Positions 10,069 through 19,766 of a DNA stretch of 32,000 bases are shown in pieces (positions within the stretch are counted from its first letter, which is position 1; each line of letters opens with the position of its first letter). The stretch is from the NCBI GenBank assembly GCA_964510585.1, contig CAZECW010000212.1, positions 13,122 to 45,121 of the forward strand, in the 5' to 3' direction. The DNA comes from an uncultured archaeon. Its GTDB lineage: Archaea; Asgardarchaeota; Jordiarchaeia; Jordiarchaeales; Jordiarchaeaceae. The translations under genes were made by a program, and so were the position numbers. A model generated the notes under the pieces. It made no database searches. It worked only from the letters and a program-made list of their open reading frames with translations, and was not told where the DNA came from.

Positions 10069-10246
10069 AGCCCCAACTCCAATAATTTGATTATCATATT
10101 GGAGCTTTAAGGTTAAAGAGTTTTCGCAAATTTTTTCAACTATTTCCAACCAGCTCTGCCAAATAAATCTTCATTTAAAAATAATATGCGAAGGATAGAT
10201 GGAAAAAATAAAAGAGGGGTTACCCTTCTCGCAAGGTTTTCTATGT

Positions 10247-10966
10247 TTATTTTAGTTTTCTATGGCCAACCTTGTAGAGTACTGCGCCAATTAGAGCAGC
10301 CAATCCGCCTACGAACGCGTTTTCAGGAGGACTGAAATTGAGCATAACCAAGATTGCAAGAATAACGACCAGAATTAGAACCATGTTCGCCCTCTCCAAA
10401 AGTTTCTGGGATCCTAAGGCCATTGAGAGTGAGAAAATTATTATCGAAGCTATAAAACTCAAGATTACGAACCAAAAGTCCAATGCGTTAGGCGCAAGAA
10501 GATCACCTATTCTTGTACTGGGAAGAAGGTCAAAGACATTTATAATTATGCCTAAAAGACCGCCCAGAAACATCAATAGTCTACCTGCTCTCATCTGTTT
10601 CTGAGAAGGTTCAATTTCCTCTGCCAACACGTAGGGCAAAACAACATAGAAAAGCGCTGCTAGAACAACTACTGCAACAATAATGGCTATGGTTGTGAAC
10701 GTTAAAAACCCCCAGAAATAGCCAGATGAGGGCTGTATAGTGTACCAAAGATACCCAAGCGCTGCTGTGAAACCATAATTGGTGGAGAGGTAAACTAGTG
10801 TAACAATTGTTTCAAAGGAAAACTCCTTTGGCAGCTGAGGTCCTACAATCCAAGTTATGAGAGCTCCAAAAGCACTAAGTATCAAGATTATCAGTGCAAC
10901 TGTTAGGATGATTCTCTTCCTAGACTTTTTAACATCTTCCATAAAAGGCAACTTCCATTTATTCAC
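10247..10966 (-). CDS. Uncharacterised multi-pass membrane protein (paralog of 11147-11485 with an extra C-terminal TM domain)
   Basis: Several hydrophobic segments. The N-terminal half aligns with the neighbouring 112-aa ORF. The start may instead be ATG 10942. Confidence 0.75.
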   Translation of the reverse strand: MNKWKLPFMEDVKKSRKRIILTVALIILILSAFGALITWIVGPQLPKEFSFETIVTLVYLSTNYGFTAALGYLWYTIQPSSGYFWGFLTFTTIAIIVAVVVLAALFYVVLPYVLAEEIEPSQKQMRAGRLLMFLGGLLGIIINVFDLLPSTRIGDLLAPNALDFWFVILSFIASIIIFSLSMALGSQKLLERANMVLILVVILAILVMLNFSPPENAFVGGLAALIGAVLYKVGHRKLK

Positions 10967-11146
10967 TCCAAGAATTTACGACAGTTCAAATCTTCAGCTT
11001 TATTTTGACATCCACTTCTAGTCCCCAAATGTGGAAGCTTCCAAACGGGCTCCACACGCATTTGGAGTGAGGGAAATTAAACTTCCTATTTATTAAATTT
11101 TTCTAAAAAATGTTGGGAACGAAAAAAGTGCATAAAGGGTTTGAAC

Positions 11147-11485
11147 CTACTTCTTTATTTTTTCCAATTCCCTTCTCTCTGCTTCCCATATGGGGAAAAC
11201 ATAGTAAAACAAGAATGCAAGAACAACAAGCGCTATCACCATGGCAACTAGTAAACCCCAAACCCATCCAAAAGAGGGCTGCGAACTGTACCAAAGATAT
11301 GCAAACGCCACCAAGGGACTAAACTCCGTCGAAAGATAATTTAAAGTAACCAGCAATTCAAAGCTCAGCTTTGGCATCTGAGGTCCCATAAGCCACATCA
11401 CAACAACTACAGTAGGAATAGCTATTAGAAACGCTCCCACCACCAGTAAAAGTATCCTCGTCCTACCCTTCATTAAACCTTCCAT
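11147..11485 (-). CDS. Uncharacterised small membrane protein
   Basis: GGAGG RBS before ATG 11485, two long hydrophobic segments, and clear similarity to the 10247-10966 product. Confidence 0.75.
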   Translation of the reverse strand: MEGLMKGRTRILLLVVGAFLIAIPTVVVVMWLMGPQMPKLSFELLVTLNYLSTEFSPLVAFAYLWYSSQPSFGWVWGLLVAMVIALVVLAFLFYYVFPIWEAERRELEKIKK

Positions 11486-11637
11486 TTAGCTTCCTCCATA
11501 CACAAATTTTTGGATAAATCATCATTATATCCTTTTTAAAATTTATTCTCATATTTTTTTACAGTGAAACTTCTTTTCGAGTTTGTATTTAAAAAACGGA
11601 GTTTTTTCTTCTCATTAATTCTTCCTACAAGCACCTG

Positions 11638-12828
11638 CTAATCCATTACTGCTGCCACCACCATATCTGATAGTCTCTGATGACGCATGATGCTGTGTCC
11701 CTCTTCTAGGAGACCCGCTGAAAGGAAAACATAGGTAAGGTCCCGTGAAGGATCAACCCAGAACACTGTTGAACCCGCTCCCAATCCTCCAAAAGTAGCT
11801 GGAGATGTGGTTAGCCCTAGGGGAGTGGGAAATATGCCCTCTCCTCTGATGAAGAAGCTGAGTCCCAGGTTGGCGGGGAAAACCGGCCACCCGTACATCT
11901 CGCGACAATAGTCAAAGAGGTGATTTGGAAGATCACCGGTATGGATAGTGGTAGCATACTTAACCATGTCCGGAGATAGGAGTCTGACCCTGTTCAGGGT
12001 TCCGCCCCGCCTGAGCATTTCTGAGAAGCGGAAAATGTCAAGGACCGTGGATACCGCCCCACCTGCTGGGAGCTCTGTCTCCTCGGTGGCAAGGAAGTTT
12101 AAGGACTCCAAGAGTAATGGGTCGAAGAGTCCAGGTGTTTTATCCCTCACCTTAACGGGTACGATGCGGCTTTTGAGCCGCTCCGGTAGTCCGAGAGCAG
12201 TGTCCTTCATCCCTAAGGGCTCGAAAACATCCTCTCTAAGGATTTGTCTGAATGGGCGTTTCCTTTCATCTAAACGCTGGACAATTGCTCCCAAGAGGGA
12301 AAACGCCGCTATGGCATTGTAGGAAACCATCCGTCCGGGGAGGACGAGTAAGCGTTCATTACTCATGGCGGCGGTGACTGCTTCAATATTTCCCACTTGG
12401 TCGATGGGTAGCCCGAAGGGAAGTTCGGTGTTTAAGCCGCTGGTGTGGGTGAGTATGTGGCCTATGGTGACCTTCTGCTTGCCCTTTATACCAAACTCTG
12501 GAATGACCTCACAGATGGGTGTGTTGAGGGTGAATTTTCCCTGCTCAATATCCATGAGAACCTTTGTTGTGGTTAACTGCTTGGTGATGGACATGATGAA
12601 GAATACGTCGTCGACTTTTGCTTGGCGATTTTTCTCTAAGTCCGTTTTTCCAACCGCCTCGTACATGGCTATCTTGCCATGACGCGCTACGATAAAGGCG
12701 GCTCCATCATAAATGCCTTCCTCAGTGTCCTTCTCAATTGTCCGCTTCAACCGATTGAGGCGTTCCGGGTCTAGGCCCACTTTTTGGGCAGGTACCACTT
12801 CGCTGGAAAAATCTTCTTTATTATCCAT
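11638..12828 (-). CDS. Beta-lactamase (class C-like) family serine hydrolase / esterase
   Basis: SxxK (MSITK), HILTHTSGL, catalytic Tyr (SYNA), VFEPLGMKDT and VFWVDPSRDLTYVFLS. Confidence 0.88.
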   Translation of the reverse strand: MDNKEDFSSEVVPAQKVGLDPERLNRLKRTIEKDTEEGIYDGAAFIVARHGKIAMYEAVGKTDLEKNRQAKVDDVFFIMSITKQLTTTKVLMDIEQGKFTLNTPICEVIPEFGIKGKQKVTIGHILTHTSGLNTELPFGLPIDQVGNIEAVTAAMSNERLLVLPGRMVSYNAIAAFSLLGAIVQRLDERKRPFRQILREDVFEPLGMKDTALGLPERLKSRIVPVKVRDKTPGLFDPLLLESLNFLATEETELPAGGAVSTVLDIFRFSEMLRRGGTLNRVRLLSPDMVKYATTIHTGDLPNHLFDYCREMYGWPVFPANLGLSFFIRGEGIFPTPLGLTTSPATFGGLGAGSTVFWVDPSRDLTYVFLSAGLLEEGHSIMRHQRLSDMVVAAVMD

Positions 12829-13239
12829 AAAAGCCCTCCAAACTAATATTTAAAAACCCTCAAACCCAAAAAAATGGATTTTTAAAATCTAGTTAATAAC
12901 GTATCTAATAAACTTTATGTTCAATCATTTGGCAGCACAATCCTCCACTGTGGCTACCTCTTTAACCCCTCTTTTTAAGGCGTGAAAATAATTTTTTATC
13001 AAATAATATGCACTGATTTAGGGTGCTTCATAATTTTCATTTCAGCCACAAGTTGCCCACAATAGGTGAAACCATAGTTAATAATACCAATTGTTATTAA
13101 ATAGCACAACACATTTGTGTATAGAATATGAAGGTGTATTAAAAATCACTTAACCTTTGTTTGTATGGACAATTTATGAAGATGTTTTTGTAGCAATGAT
13201 TGTGTTTGGCTGAAAACATAGTTTGATAGGTGAGGGTTT

Positions 13240-14940
13240 ATGTCTAAGATTTCTCAGGAATATTTTCCAAAACTTTTAGAGTTAGCTGCAAAGGTGGATA
13301 CTCCTAAATGGTTCTACAAGTCTTCGGGTTTTATTGATGAGGAATTGGGGCGTCCACTCATAGGTATTGTGAATACCTGGCAGGAGGCCACATTGGGACA
13401 CATGCATCTGAGGCAGGTGGCGGACGCCGTTAAGGCAGGAGTTTACCTTGGTGGTGGTACTCCCATAGAGTTTAATTTGATGGGGCCCTGCACAGGGTAT
13501 TCAGAGGCAACTCGTAATTATCGTTTTGATCTTCCGCAGAGAGATGCGATTGCGGATTCTATGGAGATTCAACTCGAAGTTCTTAGATGCAAGGGTATTG
13601 TTTGTATAGCCACCTGTGACAAGGAGATTCCCGGTGTTTGGTTGGGAGCAGCGAGAAAGGATCTTCCCACAATTATTATTACTGGTGGGCCGGCTCTACC
13701 TGGAAAGTTTAGGGGAGAGGACATAACTTTTCCTACAGATTGTCTGGTGCCCTGCGCACGCGAAGTTATTTTGGGAAAAATGTCTGAGGAGGAATTTTGG
13801 AGTATTACCCGTAAAATGGAGGAGGAATGGGTTTCCACATGTGGTGCCTGTCCCGAGATGACCACCTCAAACACGCTTCAAATGTTGTCTGAAGCTCTGG
13901 GCCTTTCTTTACCCGGAGCAAATACTGCTCCCGCGGTTAGTATGAAAAAAATTAGGTTCGCTAAAAAAACAGGCATCCAAATAGTGAAACTGGTGGAGAA
14001 TCAGTTAAACTTCTCAAAAATTGTAACCAAGAAATCATTAGAGAATGCTATAAGGGTTCTTATGGCAGTTTCTGGGGGAACAAATGGCGTCTTGCACCTT
14101 TTAGCACTGGCAAATGAGCTCAAATTGGACGTTACACTGGAGGATTTTGACCGCCTTGGCAAAACCACGAAGTATCTTTCACACCTCAGGCCCAGCGGAC
14201 CCTACACTGTAGTCGATTTTGACAATGCAGGAGGAGTACCCGCCCTAATGAAAGAATTGGAAAAAGACCTAAATCTCGATTGCATAACAGTTACCGGAAA
14301 AACAGTCAGAGAAAACCTCGCAGACGCCAAAGTTCTGAATCGAGAAGTAATAAGACCCAGAACAAACCCCATACTCAACGAGGGGGGAATAGCTGTCCTT
14401 AGAGGAAACCTCGCCCCCAATGGTGCCGTAACCCGATTTACTGTGGTTAAGAAGGAACTCCACGAGTTCGAGGGCCCTGCCAAGGTTTTTGACACCGAGG
14501 AGGAAGCCATGTTGGCCATAGCATCCGGAAACATTAAGTCCGGTGACGCTGTTGTGGTTAGATATCAGGGGCCTAGAGGAGCACCGGGCATGCCAGACAA
14601 TCTAGTGGTAGTTTTTATGGTGAGCATGATGGCGCTGGAGAACGTGGCAGTGGTTAGTGACGGAAGATTCTCTGGAACAACCATAGGGGCATTATACGTT
14701 GGACATGTTTCACCAGAAGCATTTGTGGGAGGGCCAATCGCTGTTGTTGAGAACGATGACCTGATCAAAATTAGTATAGCGAAAAGAAGAATCGATGTTA
14801 GCCTCACAGATAAGGAGATTAAAGAAAGATTGACTAATTGGAAACCGCCAGAACCAAAAGTGAAGAAGGGAGTTCTTGTAAGCTGGCTGGAAACCGCTGA
14901 GCAAGCAGAAAAGGGCGCAGTGCTAAAACGCCACCTATAA
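13240..14940 (+). CDS. IlvD/Edd-family dehydratase, divergent second paralog (substrate unknown)
   Basis: Motifs RPLIGIVNTW, TCDK, CGAC, SGGTN, LRGNLAPNGAV and SDGRFSG. GGTGAGG RBS. Confidence 0.88.
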   Translation: MSKISQEYFPKLLELAAKVDTPKWFYKSSGFIDEELGRPLIGIVNTWQEATLGHMHLRQVADAVKAGVYLGGGTPIEFNLMGPCTGYSEATRNYRFDLPQRDAIADSMEIQLEVLRCKGIVCIATCDKEIPGVWLGAARKDLPTIIITGGPALPGKFRGEDITFPTDCLVPCAREVILGKMSEEEFWSITRKMEEEWVSTCGACPEMTTSNTLQMLSEALGLSLPGANTAPAVSMKKIRFAKKTGIQIVKLVENQLNFSKIVTKKSLENAIRVLMAVSGGTNGVLHLLALANELKLDVTLEDFDRLGKTTKYLSHLRPSGPYTVVDFDNAGGVPALMKELEKDLNLDCITVTGKTVRENLADAKVLNREVIRPRTNPILNEGGIAVLRGNLAPNGAVTRFTVVKKELHEFEGPAKVFDTEEEAMLAIASGNIKSGDAVVVRYQGPRGAPGMPDNLVVVFMVSMMALENVAVVSDGRFSGTTIGALYVGHVSPEAFVGGPIAVVENDDLIKISIAKRRIDVSLTDKEIKERLTNWKPPEPKVKKGVLVSWLETAEQAEKGAVLKRHL

Positions 14941-15034
14941 AGAACTTACAGCAAATGGGCGCTTCGCTGTTGTGGTTACATAATAATTATTTGAATCTCC
15001 TTCATGAGAAGTGAATTAAGTGGGGTGTATTCTG

Positions 15035-16138
15035 ATGAGTGGTGATGTTGTCTATATTGATGTGGCGACGCTTCGCAATTTTATGGTTGATGTTTTTGTT
15101 GGTGTGGGTGTTCCGCGCGTGGACGCTGATATTTGCGCCGAGGTTTTGATTACCTCTGATCTTTGGGGTATTGATTCTCACGGCATCCAAAGGTTGAAAA
15201 TGTACTACGACCGCATAAAGGAGGGAAAACAGCTCCCTATCACAAAAATCAGCATTGTGAGGGAGGGTCCTACGACTGCTCTCATTGATGGCGGAAACGG
15301 TATGGGCCACGTGGTGGCTTACCGCGCTATGCAAATGGCCATCGCTAAGGCTAAAGAGTATGGCACCGGGGCTGTCGCTGTGAGGAACTCTAACCATTTC
15401 GGTATAGCAGGCTACTATGCTTTGATGGCGGTGAGGGAGGGAATGGTGGGGATGGCAGTTACAAATGCTAGACCCGCCGTTGCTCCCACGTTTGGAGTGG
15501 AGCCAATGCTGGGGACCAATCCTTTAACTTTTGGCTGCCCCACAGACGAGGAGTTTCCCTTCCTAATCGATTGTGCCACATCTATTACCCAGAGAGGAAA
15601 AATAGAAGTTTTAGACAGGCTCGGTGAACCCACCCCTGAAGGCCTAGTTATCGATGCCAACGGTGAACCTCTAACTGACACCAAGTCTATACTTAAAGGT
15701 CTAATCGAGGGCACCGCTGCACTTCTACCACTTGGCGGATTGGGCGAAACTACTGGAGGACACAAGGGCTACGGCTACTCCACCCTAGTTGAGATTCTCA
15801 GCGCCGCTTTTGGAGGCGGCCCCTATCTTAAGGGTCTCGCTGAGGCTGATAGGGACAAGAAAACCCCTTACAGGTTGGGCCACTTCTTTCTCGCCATAAA
15901 TGTTTCCAGTTTCACATCCCTGGAGGAATTTAAGCGTACGGCGGGAAACATTGTGAGGCAGCTGAGAAGCTCCAAGAAGGCCCGGGGTCAGACTAGGATT
16001 TTCACCGCTGGCGAAAAAGAATACGAGAAGCAAAAGGAGAGACTAAAAACAGGCATACCCATAAATCCCAACCTGCAAAAGGACATACTAGTAATGAAGA
16101 ATGAACTCGGCCTAAACCAGTACCAGTTCCCCTTCTGA
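15035..16138 (+). CDS. Ldh_2 family NAD(P)-dependent 2-hydroxyacid dehydrogenase (malate/L-lactate/sulfolactate/ureidoglycolate type)
   Basis: Motifs GIDSHG, NSNHFGIAGYY, GTNPL and GGHKGYG. Start set at ATG 15035 behind GGGGTG. Confidence 0.9.
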   Translation: MSGDVVYIDVATLRNFMVDVFVGVGVPRVDADICAEVLITSDLWGIDSHGIQRLKMYYDRIKEGKQLPITKISIVREGPTTALIDGGNGMGHVVAYRAMQMAIAKAKEYGTGAVAVRNSNHFGIAGYYALMAVREGMVGMAVTNARPAVAPTFGVEPMLGTNPLTFGCPTDEEFPFLIDCATSITQRGKIEVLDRLGEPTPEGLVIDANGEPLTDTKSILKGLIEGTAALLPLGGLGETTGGHKGYGYSTLVEILSAAFGGGPYLKGLAEADRDKKTPYRLGHFFLAINVSSFTSLEEFKRTAGNIVRQLRSSKKARGQTRIFTAGEKEYEKQKERLKTGIPINPNLQKDILVMKNELGLNQYQFPF

Positions 16139-16389
16139 TAAAAACGGGATTTTGGGCAATCACCAGAAAGGAGAGCATTTTAACATTTTCTAATTTGAAG
16201 CATTTCTCATTCAATAACAATAAAAGTACTGGGAGAAATGGGAACGATAATCCCCTATATATTTCTTTGTGGGAATTTAGTTGTGGTTATTGGTTTCATG
16301 GTTTTTGGTTCTCTTTGCATGATAATTTTTTAATATTTTAAGAGTTACTATAGGACAACCCAAAAAGGTGTTTTTATGGGAGGCTATTT

Positions 16390-17394
16390 ATGCCGGTGAG
16401 TGTTACCTGTGTGGGAATAATGGTGGTGGACTTCATAGCAGCAGACCTGCAAAGGGTTTCAGCTCCGGGGGAGGTTACATTCACTCCAGTTGGGATGCAC
16501 ATAGGTGGGCATGCGGCTAATGTTTCAATAGATCTAGTAAAGCTTGGATTAAAGAGGGGAGAAGTAAGCAGTATAGGTTCGGTGGGGGAAGATTTGCTGG
16601 GAACCTTTGTGGAACAGAACCTAAACAGTTTTGGGGTGGTTACCCATTTAATTCGGACGCGTAAGGCGGATACTTCAAAAGACATAATATTGGTGGTTAG
16701 GGGGGAGGATAGGAGGTTCCACTTTGATGTGGGAGCCAACCTCTACTTGGACCCCGAATTTGTGAAGGGAGTACTCAAGTCTGAAAAGCCCCTCATACTT
16801 TATGTGGGTGCTGTGGGTCTTTTGGGCGAGTTTGACGAGAAGCTACTAGAAGTTCTCAAAATGGCTAAAGAACTGGGCTGCTTAACTTTCCTTGATCCCA
16901 TCAGACCCTACAGTAAGGGTTGGGACTTTCTGGTAAGTGCGACTCCCCTAATAGACATATTCCACTGCAACAATTTGGAAGCCGCAGAAATCACCGGCAA
17001 AGAACAGTTGAGAGATGCTGTGAAGGAATTAGCAAATCTGGGAGTTAAAATGGCTGTAGTAAGCATAGGCGATAAAGGCCTGGTCGCAGCCTACGAAGGA
17101 GAAATATACTCTATGCCCGCCTTCAAGGTGGACGCCATAGACCCTACTGGAGCTGGAGACGCCTTCTGCGCCGGCTTCATCAAAAAATTACTAGATTTGA
17201 AGGGTAAAACACTGAATGAAGGAATCAAACTGAATGAAGCCCAGCTTTTGGAGGTTCTAGCTTATGGAGAGGCTGCGGGTGCCGTCTGCGTTACGGCGCC
17301 GGGCACTACCACTGCGGTGGATAAGATGAAGGTTGAGAAACTGCTAAAAGAACAGGGCGAAAAAGTCCTATCAAAAGTGAAAAAAGTAAAATAA
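16390..17394 (+). CDS. PfkB/ribokinase family carbohydrate kinase
   Basis: GGHAANVS (PfkB signature 1) and DPTGAGDAFCAGF (signature 2). GGAGG RBS. Confidence 0.92.
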   Translation: MPVSVTCVGIMVVDFIAADLQRVSAPGEVTFTPVGMHIGGHAANVSIDLVKLGLKRGEVSSIGSVGEDLLGTFVEQNLNSFGVVTHLIRTRKADTSKDIILVVRGEDRRFHFDVGANLYLDPEFVKGVLKSEKPLILYVGAVGLLGEFDEKLLEVLKMAKELGCLTFLDPIRPYSKGWDFLVSATPLIDIFHCNNLEAAEITGKEQLRDAVKELANLGVKMAVVSIGDKGLVAAYEGEIYSMPAFKVDAIDPTGAGDAFCAGFIKKLLDLKGKTLNEGIKLNEAQLLEVLAYGEAAGAVCVTAPGTTTAVDKMKVEKLLKEQGEKVLSKVKKVK

Positions 17395-17426
17395 ATAGTA
17401 GAATAAAAGATTTTTTTATTGTGGGT

Positions 17427-19076
17427 TTATGCTTTTTCTCCCTCGTATGCGCCCTGGAACTCTTTTCTGAGTACTTTTTTGAGGATTTTTCCGCTGGGAT
17501 TCTTGGGAAGTGTATCCAGGATTATTACCTTTTTGGGTACTTTGTATCCTGCTAGGTTTTGTTTGCAGTATTGGATGATTTCCTCTTCTGTTAGGGTTTG
17601 GTTTGGTTTGGGCACTACGAAGGCGGTGACTGCTTCCACCCATTTTGCATGTGGGAGACCAACCACGGTTGCTTCAGCTACTTTGGGATGTCTGAATATT
17701 ACTCCCTCAACTTCAACGGTTGAAACGTTTTCTGCTCCAGTTTTTACAATGTCCTTCTTTCTGTCTACAAAGTAGAAGTATCCCTCTTCATCCATTATTC
17801 CTAGGTCTCCGGTGTGCAGCCACCCGTTTCTGAAGACTTCCGCGGTTTTCTTGGGTTCCTTGTAGTATCCCAGCATTACGGAGGGGCTTCTAATAACCAG
17901 CTCTCCAATTGTTCCTGGGGGCACCTCATTATCATTCTCGTCAAACACCTTCATTTCCACGGTGTGGTGGGGTTGCCCTATTGGTTCTGCTCCACCATAC
18001 TTTTCATTTGCCTCCCTTAGTTTTCTTATGAAGTCGGGGTGCTGAATGGTTGTTCCCAGGGGTGTGGATTCGGACTGTCCATAATAATTCATGAAGTAAA
18101 CGTTGGGGAGTAGTTCCATAAGTTTGGTCAGACTAGCCTCTGCTATGGGGGAGCCAAAAACGATGGCCTTCTTTACGCTTCCAAAGGCTTTACCCAGAAA
18201 TTCAGCCAGATTAGGTATGTTTAGTGAGAGTAGGTTGGTGAAAACTGTTGGGGGATAAACTATGGATGTCACTTTCTCGTTCTGAATTAGGGAAATAATT
18301 TCTATGGGGCTGGGCTCATGGTGCATAATCACTCTGGCTCCCGCCGCCAGAGTTGCGAAAAATAGGTATTGTCCCGCTACGTGGTAGAGGGGTATGGAGT
18401 CTATTACGGTGTCTTCCCTGGTCATGTGCAAATCTACTGGGGCGCTCATGAATGTGGAGTACCAATTGCCGTGGGTGTTGAGAACTCCCTTGGGCATAGC
18501 TTCTGTTCCACTGGTATACATGAGGGTTAAAACGTCATCCGCATTTATTATTACTTCGGGTTCAGTGTCTGGATACTTGTCTGACATAAGGTCGTCGAAA
18601 TCGATCCAGCCTTTGGGAAGTTTCACTTCGTTCTTGAGGTTTATCATGCTGTATATTTTCACGCTGGGCATTTCTTTTGCGAGTTCCTTGACGTGTTCAA
18701 CTAAATCGTCTTCTACGAAGAGAATTTTTGGCTTGGCGTGGTTTATTAGATCAGTAATCTCTTTTCCTCTAAGGGCAAAGTTTAGGGGGCATATCCAAGC
18801 TCCAATTTTCGCTATTCCGTAGAGGTACACTCCCATCTGTACACTGTTGTGCGAAATTATGCCTACAATGTCCCCCTTCTTTACACCCATTTCCAGCATG
18901 GCATTGGCAAACCTGTTAACGAGTCTGTTAAATTCTTCGTAGGTGAGCCGATGTGTAACTTTACCCTTATAGCTGTAAACAAAGGCTTCCTTCTTAGGCC
19001 ATCTCCTTGCTGTTCTCCGAATCAAATCTCCCACACAAAACCTTCTCATAAGATTCATTTGCAAATCGTCAGCCAT
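17427..19076 (-). CDS. Long-chain acyl-CoA synthetase (AMP-forming)
   Basis: Motifs YTSGTEAMPKG, YGQSE, WLHTGDLG, DRKKDIVKTGAENV and PSGKILK. Confidence 0.93.
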   Translation of the reverse strand: MADDLQMNLMRRFCVGDLIRRTARRWPKKEAFVYSYKGKVTHRLTYEEFNRLVNRFANAMLEMGVKKGDIVGIISHNSVQMGVYLYGIAKIGAWICPLNFALRGKEITDLINHAKPKILFVEDDLVEHVKELAKEMPSVKIYSMINLKNEVKLPKGWIDFDDLMSDKYPDTEPEVIINADDVLTLMYTSGTEAMPKGVLNTHGNWYSTFMSAPVDLHMTREDTVIDSIPLYHVAGQYLFFATLAAGARVIMHHEPSPIEIISLIQNEKVTSIVYPPTVFTNLLSLNIPNLAEFLGKAFGSVKKAIVFGSPIAEASLTKLMELLPNVYFMNYYGQSESTPLGTTIQHPDFIRKLREANEKYGGAEPIGQPHHTVEMKVFDENDNEVPPGTIGELVIRSPSVMLGYYKEPKKTAEVFRNGWLHTGDLGIMDEEGYFYFVDRKKDIVKTGAENVSTVEVEGVIFRHPKVAEATVVGLPHAKWVEAVTAFVVPKPNQTLTEEEIIQYCKQNLAGYKVPKKVIILDTLPKNPSGKILKKVLRKEFQGAYEGEKA

Positions 19077-19766
19077 ACAAACTTACCTTCCTACAACTTA
19101 TTTGAGATTTTAGACAGTTATAACTCTCTGAGTATATAAATTGTGCGACAAAATTAGAAACAGTCATACCCTCCATTAGGGAAATTTTAGTGTTTTCGAG
19201 AATCCCAAATCAAGAGAAAAAGCTTTTTAGTGCTTCATTCCCCAAAAAGAGACATATAAATAGTTCTTTGGACAGAAGGTTTAATATAGACCATATGTTT
19301 AAACGACACTCCCTAATGCTGGTTTTATGTTTTGTCCCTGTCCTTTTATTCTATCTTCGCAATACCTCCCGCCCCCACTTTATACATGATGGTGTTAAAA
19401 AAATTGGAAATACCCATTTCCCCCAAATAACTCCACAAAAAGGAACCCACAGAAGGGAAGTGCTCCCTAAAAATATGGATATAGAAATTTTGAAATCACT
19501 ATGAGCCACCATTTTCATTGGGGAACATCGCGTCGCTCTGGGAACGCTTAAGATACCCGCCGTTCCCTGAATTATCGGTGAATACACATAAAACTGGGCG
19601 CTGGTCGAGGGCGCTGAGTGTCAATCCTTAAAAAATTTGATTGCCTTTTTGTCTAATTCTTGGGGAGTGAATGTTGTTTTTATGTGAATGCTTTTGCTAT
19701 AAAATTTATATATAAACTTTTAATATGTAAACCAAATTGAACAGGGTCAAATCAGGGTGAAGCCTT

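Noticed and set aside
11131-11155. GGTTCAAACCC tRNA T-loop-like word on the minus strand
   Set aside because: It sits at a CDS stop codon and no cloverleaf can be built around it.
19190-19587. Overlapping 104-aa and 78-aa ORFs in the long intergenic region
   Set aside because: They lie on opposite strands with weak starts and no recognisable domains.
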